Origin: Holophagaceae bacterium
GTDB taxonomy: Bacteria; Acidobacteriota; Holophagae; Holophagales; Holophagaceae
NCBI GenBank assembly: GCA_027451045.1
Contig: DAIDKC010000073.1
Span: forward strand, 1 to 49,846
DNA length: 49,846 bases
Reading direction: 5' to 3'
Shown here: positions 10,832-19,652 of the stretch, piece by piece
Numbering within the stretch: the stretch's first letter is position 1
Layout of the letters: the number at the start of each line of letters is the position of its first letter
The notes under the pieces: model-generated
The model's input: only the letters and a program-made list of their open reading frames with translations
Database searches by the model: none
What the model was told of the DNA's origin: nothing
Translations under genes and position numbers: made by a program

Positions 10832-11593
10832 ATGACGGTGGGGCTTCTCTTCGACACCACGCGCTGCATTGGATGCGGTGCCTGCGCCTCGGCCTGCAAG
10901 GAGCAGAACCATCTCCCCGGTCCCGTGGAGGCGGTGAACACGGCCTACACCTGGACCACCGTGCACGAGCGCGGCGGCGCCTACGTGCGAACCCTCTGCA
11001 TGCACTGCCTGGTGCCGACCTGCGTGTCCGTGTGCCCGGTGGGGGCGCTCCGGAAGACACCCGAGGGGCCGGTGGTCTACGACTCCGCCAAGTGCATCGG
11101 CTGCCGCTACTGCATCCAGGCCTGCCCGTTCGATGTCCCGAAGTACCAGTGGGACCGGCCGGTCCCCGTGGTGGGCAAGTGCATCCTCTGCTCGGAGCGC
11201 GTGAAGGCGGGAAGACCCACCGCCTGCGCCGAGGCCTGCCCGGTCGAGGCCACGGTGTTCGGTCGGCGGGAGGACCTCCTCTGGGAGGCCCGCAACCGGA
11301 TCCGGAAGGAGCCGGCCAAGTACGTCAACCACGTCTATGGCCTCCAGGAGACCGGCGGGACCTCGGTCCTCATGGTGTCCGGCGTGCCCTTCGAGCGGCT
11401 CGGCCTCCAGACCTCCCTCCCCAGCGAACCGCCGGCGATGCAGACCTGGCAGGTGCTCTCGAAGATCCCTGACTTCGTCGGGGTCTGGGCGGTGTTCCTC
11501 TACGGCATCCACTGGATCACGGCCCGCCGGGAGACCGTCGCCCGCGTCGAGCAGGCAGGCCGGAACGCCAGGCATCCGGGAGGCCGCGCATGA
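10832..11593 (+). CDS. 4x[4Fe-4S] electron-transfer subunit, HybA/FdnH/NrfC-like
   Basis: CIGCGACASAC, CMHC..PTCVSVCP, CIGCRYCIQACP, KCILC...ACAEACP; YG..E.GGT motif; C-terminal TM; GGAG RBS before the ATG at 10832. Confidence 0.93.
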   Translation: MTVGLLFDTTRCIGCGACASACKEQNHLPGPVEAVNTAYTWTTVHERGGAYVRTLCMHCLVPTCVSVCPVGALRKTPEGPVVYDSAKCIGCRYCIQACPFDVPKYQWDRPVPVVGKCILCSERVKAGRPTACAEACPVEATVFGRREDLLWEARNRIRKEPAKYVNHVYGLQETGGTSVLMVSGVPFERLGLQTSLPSEPPAMQTWQVLSKIPDFVGVWAVFLYGIHWITARRETVARVEQAGRNARHPGGRA

Positions 11594-12747
11594 ACCCCTC
11601 GACCCTTCTCCTCCAGGCGCGCCGGTTCCGCCCGGGGTTCTGGACGTCCATGTTCCTCCTCCTGATGGTGCCGTTCCTGGGGGTGACGGTGCTCCGCTTC
11701 AGCCGGGGGCTGGGCTCGGTGACCCACCTGAGCGATGCCTTTCCCTGGGGCCTCTGGATCGGCTTCGATCTGATCTGCGGCGTGGGCCTGGCCGCAGGGG
11801 CCTTCACCCTGACGGCCATCGTCCATCTCTTCAACATCAAGCGCTTCGAGCCGATCCTGCGGCCCACGGTCCTGACGGGCTTCCTGGGCTACGCCTTCGT
11901 GATCCTCGCGCTCATGTACGACCTGGGCCAGCCCTGGAGGATCTGGCACGCCATCATCTACTGGAACCCCCACTCGGTGATGTTCGAGGTGGCCTGGTGC
12001 GTGATGCTCTACACCACCGTGCTGGCGCTGGAGTTCTCCCCCGTGGTGTTCGAATGGCTGGGCTGGCACGCTCCGATCAAGGCCATCCACGCCCTCTACA
12101 CGCCCCTGGTGATCCTGGGCGTGGTGCTCTCCACCCTGCACCAGTCCTCCCTCGGCAGCCTCTACCTCATCGTGCCGACCAAGCTGCATCCGCTCTGGTA
12201 TTCTCCGCTCCTGCCGCTGCACTTCTTCACCTCGGCCATCGGGGCGGGCATCGGCATGGTGATCCTGGAGTCCTACCTCAGCGGCCGCGCCTTCCGCCGC
12301 CACCTCGAAATGGACCTCCTGGAGCCGCTGGCGCGCGGCATGGTGGTGGCCCTGGGGATCTACGGCCTGCTGCGCCTGGAAGGCATCCACCGGAACGGCG
12401 CCTTCCACTCCATCCTCGCCTTCGGCTACGAGGGGCGGATGTTCCTGCTGGAGTTCGTGCTCGGGGTGATCCTCCCGGTCGCCCTCATGGCCGTTCCCCG
12501 GCTGCGCCAGAGCAAGGACTGGCTGGTGGGAAGCGCCTTCCTCGCCGTGCTTGGCTTCGTCGTGAACCGGCTGAACGTGAGCATCACGGGGCTCGAGCGG
12601 GCGGCCGGAGGGCACTACATCCCCTCGGCGGGGGAGGTGGTCATCTCCCTTGGGCTGGTGGCCCTCGGCATGGCCGTGTTCGCCCTCTGCGTGCGCTTCT
12701 TCAGCATCTTCCCCGAGGAGGCGCGCGCCTCCAGTCCGGGCGTGTAG
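11590..12747 (+). CDS. HybB/NrfD-family integral membrane subunit
   Basis: PWGLWIGFD..CGVGLAAG, DLGQPWRIWH, S.MFEVAWC, LSTLHQSSLG, KLHPLWYS; about 10 TM helices. Confidence 0.93.
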   Translation: MNPSTLLLQARRFRPGFWTSMFLLLMVPFLGVTVLRFSRGLGSVTHLSDAFPWGLWIGFDLICGVGLAAGAFTLTAIVHLFNIKRFEPILRPTVLTGFLGYAFVILALMYDLGQPWRIWHAIIYWNPHSVMFEVAWCVMLYTTVLALEFSPVVFEWLGWHAPIKAIHALYTPLVILGVVLSTLHQSSLGSLYLIVPTKLHPLWYSPLLPLHFFTSAIGAGIGMVILESYLSGRAFRRHLEMDLLEPLARGMVVALGIYGLLRLEGIHRNGAFHSILAFGYEGRMFLLEFVLGVILPVALMAVPRLRQSKDWLVGSAFLAVLGFVVNRLNVSITGLERAAGGHYIPSAGEVVISLGLVALGMAVFALCVRFFSIFPEEARASSPGV

Positions 12748-12756
12748 GAGCACGGC

Positions 12757-14343
12757 ATGCGCACCCGCATCGGCACCCGCCTGATCCTGGGAGCCGGCCT
12801 CTCCTCGGCGGCCGTCATCGGGATCATGGCGGTGGTGAGCGTCCGGGAACAGACCCGCCAGCTGCTCATGGAACGTACCCGCACCGCCAATCAGCTGAGC
12901 GAAACGATCCAGCGCAGCACCCATTTCGACATGCTCGAGAACCGGCGGGACGACCTCCACCGGCAGATCCGGGATATCGGCAGCCTGGGCCAGGAGGGGA
13001 TCCGCAAGGTGAGGATCTTCAACAAGGAGGGGCGGATCATGTACTCCTCCGAGTCCGGGGAGATCGGAACCTCCGTGAACCTCAAGGCGGAAGCCTGCTA
13101 TGCCTGCCACGCGGAAGGGCGGCCTCTGGAGCACCTGGACATCCAGCAGAGGGCGCGGATCTTCCGCGGGACGGACGGGGGGCGGGTCCTGGGCATCATC
13201 AACCCCATCCCCAACGAGCCGTCCTGCTACACAGCGGCCTGCCACGCCCACAGCCCCTCCCAGCGCTTCCTGGGGGTGCTGGATGTGAACGTCTCCCTGG
13301 GGTCGGTGGACCGCGCCATCGCGCAGAACCGCTCGCTGATGCTGATCGCGGCCGGGGCCTCGGTGCTCGCCGTAAGCCTCATCCTCTGGTGGCTCAACCG
13401 TCGCCTGGTGGTGCGCCCCGTGGCCGCCCTGGTCGAGGGCACCCGGCGGGTGGGCGAAGGGGACACCTCCACGCCGATCCCCTTCCTGGGTCGCCACGAG
13501 CTGGGCACCCTGGGCCGGGCCTTCAATGACATGGTGTCCCGCCTCGCGGACACGCAGCGGCAACTCGCCCAGGCGGACAAGCTGGCCAGCGTGGGCCGGC
13601 TCGCGGCGGGCGTCGCCCACGAGATCAACAACCCCCTCACGGGCGTGCTGAGCTACGCCTCCCTCCTGCGCAAGCGGTTCGAGGGCGATGCCGCCACCCG
13701 GGAGGACCTGGATGTCATCGTCCGGGAGACGGTGCGGTGCCGGGGCATCATCCGGGAACTGCTGGATTTCGCCCGCCCGGCGCCCCCCTCCCGCAAGGCC
13801 GTGGATCTCAACGAGGTGGCCCGTCGCGCCGTGGCGGTGGTCATGGCCCAGCTGAACCTCCGGCAGGTGAGCCTCTCCCTGGACCTGGGCGAAGGCCTGC
13901 CGATGGTCCAGGCGGACCCGAACCAGCTCCAGCAGGTCGTGGTGAACCTCCTCCTGAATGCGGCCGACGCCATCGGCGATGCCGGGGGAACCATCGCCCT
14001 GGGAACCGCCTCCTGCGAGGTGCCCCTCCGGGAGGAGGGGGAGGAGGCCGCCGCTCCCCAGGCTTTCGTGCCGGGCGTGGCCCTGAGCGTGTCCGACACC
14101 GGCTGCGGGATTCCCCCCGAGGACCTGCCGCGGCTCTTCGAGCCCTTCTTCTCCACCAAGGGGAGCCGTGGCACGGGGCTCGGACTGGCGGTCACCTGGG
14201 GGCTCGTGGAGGGCCACGGCGGCACCCTCGAGGTCCAGAGCGAGCCCGGCGCGGGCAGCTGTTTCACCGTGAAGATCCCCCTGGCCCAGGCGCCGCGCGA
14301 CGGCTCCGCCCCGGCCCCTTCCGCCCATGAGGAGGTCCCATGA
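12757..14343 (+). CDS. Sensor histidine kinase with periplasmic heme-c motifs, HAMP, HisKA and HATPase domains
   Basis: Two TMs flank CYACH and CYTAACH; HEINNPL H-box, NLLLNA N-box, DTGCG, FEPFFSTK, GTGLGL. Confidence 0.93.
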   Translation: MRTRIGTRLILGAGLSSAAVIGIMAVVSVREQTRQLLMERTRTANQLSETIQRSTHFDMLENRRDDLHRQIRDIGSLGQEGIRKVRIFNKEGRIMYSSESGEIGTSVNLKAEACYACHAEGRPLEHLDIQQRARIFRGTDGGRVLGIINPIPNEPSCYTAACHAHSPSQRFLGVLDVNVSLGSVDRAIAQNRSLMLIAAGASVLAVSLILWWLNRRLVVRPVAALVEGTRRVGEGDTSTPIPFLGRHELGTLGRAFNDMVSRLADTQRQLAQADKLASVGRLAAGVAHEINNPLTGVLSYASLLRKRFEGDAATREDLDVIVRETVRCRGIIRELLDFARPAPPSRKAVDLNEVARRAVAVVMAQLNLRQVSLSLDLGEGLPMVQADPNQLQQVVVNLLLNAADAIGDAGGTIALGTASCEVPLREEGEEAAAPQAFVPGVALSVSDTGCGIPPEDLPRLFEPFFSTKGSRGTGLGLAVTWGLVEGHGGTLEVQSEPGAGSCFTVKIPLAQAPRDGSAPAPSAHEEVP

Positions 14344-15461
14344 CCGCCCTGCTGATCCTGTTCATGTTCCTGGCGTTCGCCGGGATTGACCTGCTGGTGC
14401 GCGCCAGCCTGAAGCGCCGGCGCGAGCGCCTCGCCCGCCAGGCGCGGGAGGAGGTCCTGAAGACCTCCATCCGCCTGGATTTCACCCACGAGGCCAGGAG
14501 CCTGAAGCGCGTGGAGGTGCCCGAGCCCAAGGCGCGCATCCTGGCGGTGGACGACGAAGCCGTGGTGCTGGATTCCTTCCGGCGCATCCTCGTGCTCGAC
14601 GGCTACAGCGTGGATACCGTGGAGACGGGACCCGAGGCCCTGGGCCTCGTCCAGCGGCGGGACTACGATTTCGTGTTCACCGACCTGAAGATGCCGGACA
14701 TGGATGGCGTGGAGGTGGTGAAGGCGGTGAAGCACCTCCGGCCGGATGTGGACGTGGTGGTGATCACCGGCTACGGCAGCATCGAGACGGCCGTGCAGAC
14801 GCTCCAGCACGGCGCCTGCGAGTACGTGCAGAAACCCTTCACGGCCGACGAACTCTCCGAATTCACCCGCAAGCTCCTCATCAAGCGGGAGGCCCGCCTC
14901 GAGGCCCAGCGCCAGCCCACCGTGCGGGTGGTGGCCCCGGAGGTCGCCGAGACGATGCCGGCCAGCGAGTACTGCCTGCCGGGCGGGGCCTTCCTGTCCA
15001 CGGGCCACGCCTGGGCCCGGATCGAACCGGAGGGGCAGGTCCGGGTGGGCCTCGACGACTTCGCCCGGAAGGTCCTGGGGGAGGTGACGGCGGTGGAGCT
15101 GCCGCAGCGGGGGAGCCTCGTCCATGCCGGGGAACCCTTCGCCGTCCTGCGGGGTGCGGCGGGATCGGTCCATCTGTCCGCGCCTTTGAGCGGCCGGGTG
15201 GCCTACGGCAACGAGACCCTGAAGCATGCCCCGACGGCGGTGCTGGAAAGCCCCTACGACCGGGGCTGGCTGTGCCTGATCGAGCCCGGCGACCTCGCGG
15301 GCGAGCTGGCCTCCCTGCGCATCGGCCAGCCCGCGGTGACCTGGTACCAGGAGGAGATCACCCGGCTCCGCCAGGCCGAGCGGGATGCTGCCAAGGCCCT
15401 GGACTGGGCCGCCTTCGAGCAGGCCTTCCTCGCGGGCAGGCCCGAGCCGGTCCACGCCTGA
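14340..15461 (+). CDS. Membrane-anchored receiver (REC) fused to a GcvH-like domain
   Basis: N-terminal TM; REC with VDDE, TDLKMP, ITGY, KPF; GcvH-like GHAW...VRVGLDDFA...APLSG...PY.RGW. Confidence 0.88.
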   Translation: MTALLILFMFLAFAGIDLLVRASLKRRRERLARQAREEVLKTSIRLDFTHEARSLKRVEVPEPKARILAVDDEAVVLDSFRRILVLDGYSVDTVETGPEALGLVQRRDYDFVFTDLKMPDMDGVEVVKAVKHLRPDVDVVVITGYGSIETAVQTLQHGACEYVQKPFTADELSEFTRKLLIKREARLEAQRQPTVRVVAPEVAETMPASEYCLPGGAFLSTGHAWARIEPEGQVRVGLDDFARKVLGEVTAVELPQRGSLVHAGEPFAVLRGAAGSVHLSAPLSGRVAYGNETLKHAPTAVLESPYDRGWLCLIEPGDLAGELASLRIGQPAVTWYQEEITRLRQAERDAAKALDWAAFEQAFLAGRPEPVHA

Positions 15462-15488
15462 ACGCAAGACCTTCGATCGCTGGAGCCT

Positions 15489-16373
15489 TCAGCCCCCGAA
15501 GCTCTCCTTGGCGTGGTAGCTGGAGCGCACCAGGGGGCCCGACTCCACCTTCTGGAAGCCCAGGGCCAGGCCCTTCTCGCGGTACATCTCGAATTCGGCG
15601 GGCTCGACGTAGCGGTCGAGGGGCAGGTGGAGGGGCGAAGGCGGGAGGTACTGGCCGATGGTGGTGATGTCCACCCGGGCCTCCCGCCAGTCGGCCATCA
15701 GGGCCAGCACCTGCTCGGGCGTCTCACCCAGGCCCACCATGATGCCGCTCTTCACCCGCAGGGCCGGAGCGCGGCGGTCCCGCCAGTCGGCGGCGCGGCG
15801 CAGCACCTGGAGGCTCTGGCGGTAGTCGGCGTCGGGGCGCACCCGCTTGTAGAGGTGGGCCACCGTCTCGACGTTGTGGTTCAGCACGTCGGGACCGGCT
15901 TCCAGCACGGTCAGGAGGGCCTCCTCGCTGCCGCGGAAATCGGGGATGAGCACCTCCACCCCGCAACCGGGCGACAGGGTGCGGATCCACCGGATGGTCT
16001 GGGCGAAGTGCCCGGATCCGCCCTCGGGCAGGTCGTCCCGGTTCACCGAGGTCACCACGGCGAACCGCAGGCCCAGGGCGGCCACGGCCTCGGCCACCCG
16101 CTGGGGCTCCCCGGGATCCAACGCTCCCGGGCGCCCCTTGCCCACGTTGCAGAAGCCGCAGTGCCGGGTGCAGACCTCCCCCATGAGCATGAACGTGGCC
16201 GTGCGGTGCAGCCCCCAGCATTCGTGGAGGTTGGGGCAGCGGGCCTCCTCGCAGACTGTCACCAGCCGCTGGCTCCGGATGAGCCCCTCCACCTCCGCCA
16301 CCACCTCGGGGGCCGGCACGCGGATCTTCAGCCATTCGGGGCGGGGGCCGGGCAGGACGGGGGGACGAGCCAT
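15489..16373 (-). CDS. lipA: Lipoyl synthase
   Basis: RPEWLK, CEEARCPNLHEC, CTRHCGFC, NHNVETV, TIGQYL, VRSSYHA. Confidence 0.98.
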   Translation of the reverse strand: MARPPVLPGPRPEWLKIRVPAPEVVAEVEGLIRSQRLVTVCEEARCPNLHECWGLHRTATFMLMGEVCTRHCGFCNVGKGRPGALDPGEPQRVAEAVAALGLRFAVVTSVNRDDLPEGGSGHFAQTIRWIRTLSPGCGVEVLIPDFRGSEEALLTVLEAGPDVLNHNVETVAHLYKRVRPDADYRQSLQVLRRAADWRDRRAPALRVKSGIMVGLGETPEQVLALMADWREARVDITTIGQYLPPSPLHLPLDRYVEPAEFEMYREKGLALGFQKVESGPLVRSSYHAKESFGG

Positions 16374-16458
16374 CGCCCTCCATTGTGACGGTCCCCGCCT
16401 ATCTCGGCCACTGGGTGGTGGGGCGGCCATCCCGGCCCGATCCCGGTAGAATCGCTCC

Positions 16459-17271
16459 ATGCCCGTCCCCTCTCCGGATCCTTCCCCCGTGGAATCCGCC
16501 ACGGGATGCCCCGTGCCCCCGCCGGTCTTCGAGCCCCCCAAGGGGTTCGAGACGAAGTTCAGGGACCTGCCTCTGCACCTGGCTGCCTTCGAGGGGCCGC
16601 TGGACCTCCTGCTGCACCTCATCCGGGAGCAGAAGCTGGACATCCTGGACCTGCCCATGGCGGAGGTCACGCGGCAGTACATGGACTACCTGGGCCTCAT
16701 GGAGGAGCTGAACCTGGAGATCGCTGCGGAGTTCGTGGCCATGGCGGCCCAGCTGCTCCAGATCAAGTCCCGTCTCATGCTGCCCCGCCCGCCCGAGGAG
16801 GCCGGCGAGGAGGATCCGCGAGAGGAACTGGTCCAGCGCCTTCTGGACTACCAGCAGGTCAAGGCCGCGGCCCAGGTCCTGGCCGAGCGGGAATCGGACT
16901 GGCGGGACGTGGCATTCGCCCCCGGCCTCGACCTGGAGGGGCATCGCCGGGTGGAGGAGGAGCCCATCCGGGCCACCCTCTTCGACCTGCTGGGCGCCTA
17001 TCGGGAGGCCCTGAAGCGCCTGCTGCCCCCACCGCCGGTGGAGGTGCGCACCCAGCCCAAGCCCCTGGAACAGCGGGTCATGGAAGTCCTCACCGAGCTC
17101 CGGGACGGTCTTTGGAAGCCCTTCCGAGGGCTGCTGGGGGATATCCGGACCCGCGAGGACCTGGTGCTCACCTTCCTGGCCCTTCTGGAACTGGTCCGCA
17201 CGGGTCGCATCGCCCTGGTGCAGGTGGAGGCCTTCGGCGAGATCCGCGTCAAGGCGTCCGAGGCGGCCTGA
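16459..17271 (+). CDS. scpA: Segregation and condensation protein A
   Basis: FEGPLDLLLHLI, AA.LL.IKSR.MLP, DPR.ELV.RL, TFLALLEL. Confidence 0.95.
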   Translation: MPVPSPDPSPVESATGCPVPPPVFEPPKGFETKFRDLPLHLAAFEGPLDLLLHLIREQKLDILDLPMAEVTRQYMDYLGLMEELNLEIAAEFVAMAAQLLQIKSRLMLPRPPEEAGEEDPREELVQRLLDYQQVKAAAQVLAERESDWRDVAFAPGLDLEGHRRVEEEPIRATLFDLLGAYREALKRLLPPPPVEVRTQPKPLEQRVMEVLTELRDGLWKPFRGLLGDIRTREDLVLTFLALLELVRTGRIALVQVEAFGEIRVKASEAA

Positions 17272-17723
17272 TGCTCGCCGCCGACCCCCTGCGGGGCCCC
17301 TGGAGGGCCTGGGGTTGGGGCCTGGTGGCCGGCCTCGCCGTGGCCTGCATTCCGGTCCTGCTCGCGACCGCGGGCCTGTGCCCCCCGGGCAGCCTTCCCG
17401 TGGCGGGCGCCCCCCAGCAGCTCGGCTACAGTTTCACTGGCCTGACCTTCCTGGCGGCGGCCTGGCTGGCCTGGCGCCGGATGCGCGGAGCCCCGCCTTC
17501 CGGGCTCTCGGACGGCAGCGCCCAGGGGGCGGCCTACCGCGGCGAGATCCGCACCGTCCTCCTGGTATCCGCCAGCACCACCCTGTGGGGATGCCTCTAC
17601 TGGCGCATGGTGGGCTGGCATGGCGCGCGCCATGCTCTTACCTTCCTTGTGCTGACGCCGGCGATGTACCTCTGTTTCGCGCCGCGGCCGTCCCGCCGCG
17701 CCTCCCGCCAGGAGGTTCCATGA
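17271..17723 (+). CDS. Hypothetical 4-TM membrane protein
   Basis: ATG overlaps the scpA stop (TGATG); four hydrophobic segments. Confidence 0.6.
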   Translation: MLAADPLRGPWRAWGWGLVAGLAVACIPVLLATAGLCPPGSLPVAGAPQQLGYSFTGLTFLAAAWLAWRRMRGAPPSGLSDGSAQGAAYRGEIRTVLLVSASTTLWGCLYWRMVGWHGARHALTFLVLTPAMYLCFAPRPSRRASRQEVP

Positions 17724-18070
17724 ACACCCCCCATCTCGCGCCCCAGCTGGTCCGCCTGCTGGTGGCCCAGGCCCAGGAACGCCGCCGCCCGCTCACCACC
17801 GGGGAACTCGGGCGAGCCATGGGCCACCCCCCCCACGCCTTGGGGGAGAGCCTGCAGGTCATCAGCCGCCATTGCGAGCAGCTCAAGCTGCCTGATCTCG
17901 CCAGCATGGTCTGCCGGGAGGAAAGCGGTGCGCCGGAATCCACGTGGCGTCCGGATCTCCCTCCCGCGGAGCGCCTGGTGAGCGCCTGGGAGGAACAGGC
18001 CCGCCTCTGGGTGTTCGACGAGTGGCTGAAATACGAGGAAGTGATCCTGCGCCTCCAGCGCCTGGGCTGA
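17720..18070 (+). CDS. Small hypothetical protein, winged-helix-like
   Basis: GGAGG RBS, ATGA overlap; LTTGELG..MG...LG..L..I...C....LP.LASMV pattern. Confidence 0.7.
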   Translation: MNTPHLAPQLVRLLVAQAQERRRPLTTGELGRAMGHPPHALGESLQVISRHCEQLKLPDLASMVCREESGAPESTWRPDLPPAERLVSAWEEQARLWVFDEWLKYEEVILRLQRLG

Positions 18071-18120
18071 AGGCGCTGCACGGCGCGCCGGGGCTATGCT
18101 GGGGGATCCCGGAGGTGCCC

Positions 18121-18639
18121 ATGAGCGAGGCCACGCCAATCCCCACCTCCGATGGGGACCCCGGAACCACGGCGGACCCGGGAACCAAGCTCCCTGCCGG
18201 CGAGCTCGCGGATTCGGAGGCCACGGCGAGGCTGACGGCGCCGCCCGTCCTGCGCCCCCCGGTGCCGCCCCCGCCCGGGGGGATCGCCACCGGCGGTGGG
18301 GGACGGCGGCCCTGGGGGGGATGGGTGCTGGGGGCCCTGGTGCTCCTTGCCGGAGGGGCCCTCGCGGGCTACCTGCTGGGAGCCTTCCGGCGGCATCCGG
18401 CGCCCTCCAGGCCTGCCGCCGAGGCGCCACCGCCGCCCGGCCTCCAGATCTACCTCGACCAGGCCAAGGCGGGGGATACCCATGCCATGCGCATGCTGGG
18501 CGTGATGTACTACTACGGGCTCAATGTCCGCCAGGACCAGGCCAAGGGCCTCGCGTGGTACCGGCGGGCGGCCACTGCGGGGGATCCCGCGGCCCGCGCG
18601 GACCTGGCCAAGCTGGAGCCGGCCGGCGGGACGAAATAG
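18121..18639 (+). CDS. Membrane-anchored Sel1-repeat protein
   Basis: Pro-rich N-terminus, one TM, AMRMLGVMYYYGLNVRQDQAKGLAWYRRAA..G Sel1 motif; GGAGG RBS. Confidence 0.85.
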   Translation: MSEATPIPTSDGDPGTTADPGTKLPAGELADSEATARLTAPPVLRPPVPPPPGGIATGGGGRRPWGGWVLGALVLLAGGALAGYLLGAFRRHPAPSRPAAEAPPPPGLQIYLDQAKAGDTHAMRMLGVMYYYGLNVRQDQAKGLAWYRRAATAGDPAARADLAKLEPAGGTK

Positions 18640-18657
18640 GCCGGGATCCCGGTCCGG

Positions 18658-19590
18658 TCAGAAGGTGACAACCATCTGGAGGCTGCCGCCCCAGAAGCGG
18701 TAGGTGGACACCTTCTCCCCCCAGGTGGCCTCGGCCTTGAGGGCCAGGGCCGGCGTCAGGGGCCAGTGGCCGGAGAGGCTGGCCAGACGTTCCTGGGGGG
18801 CCGATTCCGCCAGGAGGATCACCGGGCTCGAGGGGGACGTGCCCGTCCCCCCTGTGCCCATGCCACCCATTCCGCCCATGTTCCCCTTGCCGCTGCCGTA
18901 GCCGTTGCCCCCCATGGTCAGGCCCGCGGTGGTGCCCATCATGGTGAGTCCTCCACCGGAGGCGGTGCTCTCGATGATGCCCCGCCCCCAGGCGAGCCGG
19001 AGGTTGTGCCAGATCGCGAAATCGCTGGCGCCCAGTCGCAGGTTCACGATGCAGCCCGTATCCGTGCCTCCGGCGGGCTCGTACTGCAGCTGCTGGACCC
19101 ACACCGAGGCACTCCAGGATTCACCCTGGTAGGCCGGGCCAGCCTGGAGCAGACGGATCTCGTCGCGGCCGGAGAAGCGGCTGACGGCCCCTCCCAGGTC
19201 GGCCTTCCATCCCGCCGCGACGTCCAGGTGGAAGGCGACGTCGGCCCGGATCCGCGGGAGGATGTCGGTGTTCGTGCCTCCGCTGAGTCCGAGGTAGACC
19301 GAGGAGGCCCGCCCCAGCTCCAGGTACTTTCCCCCGGAGAACAGCGTGCCTTTTCCCTCGGGCCGGTCGAAGCCCACCGCTGCGAATTCCCAAGGCCCCC
19401 CTCGCGTGGGATAGAGGGTGCCCTCCAGGGTCCACCCCTTCCAGCGCCCGTAGCCATCGGAGAAGGCTTGATCGTACCCCCCGAGGGCCAGTCGGGTGAT
19501 CGGCTGCCGGGGCGTGGCGAGATCGAAGGGATCCTCCTGGGCGGCGAGGCTCAGGGGCACCAGGACGAGGAGGGCGAGGGGTCTCAGCAT
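18658..19590 (-). CDS. YaiO-like outer-membrane beta-barrel protein
   Basis: Signal peptide, YG.WKG, amphipathic beta strands, C-terminal Phe; Gly/Met-rich loop. Confidence 0.7.
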   Translation of the reverse strand: MLRPLALLVLVPLSLAAQEDPFDLATPRQPITRLALGGYDQAFSDGYGRWKGWTLEGTLYPTRGGPWEFAAVGFDRPEGKGTLFSGGKYLELGRASSVYLGLSGGTNTDILPRIRADVAFHLDVAAGWKADLGGAVSRFSGRDEIRLLQAGPAYQGESWSASVWVQQLQYEPAGGTDTGCIVNLRLGASDFAIWHNLRLAWGRGIIESTASGGGLTMMGTTAGLTMGGNGYGSGKGNMGGMGGMGTGGTGTSPSSPVILLAESAPQERLASLSGHWPLTPALALKAEATWGEKVSTYRFWGGSLQMVVTF

Positions 19591-19652
19591 GGGAACTCCG
19601 CAGCGGCTTGGATCCTGTTCAGAAGATGAACGTTCCGGAGCAGAGGATCAAG

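Noticed and set aside
10832-12747. Calling hybA/hybB as a hydrogenase-2 operon
   Set aside because: No hydrogenase small or large subunits or maturation genes nearby, so gene symbols were withheld.
14900-15461. A functional glycine cleavage system
   Set aside because: No gcvT or gcvP in the window, and the H-like domain lacks the lipoyl lysine.
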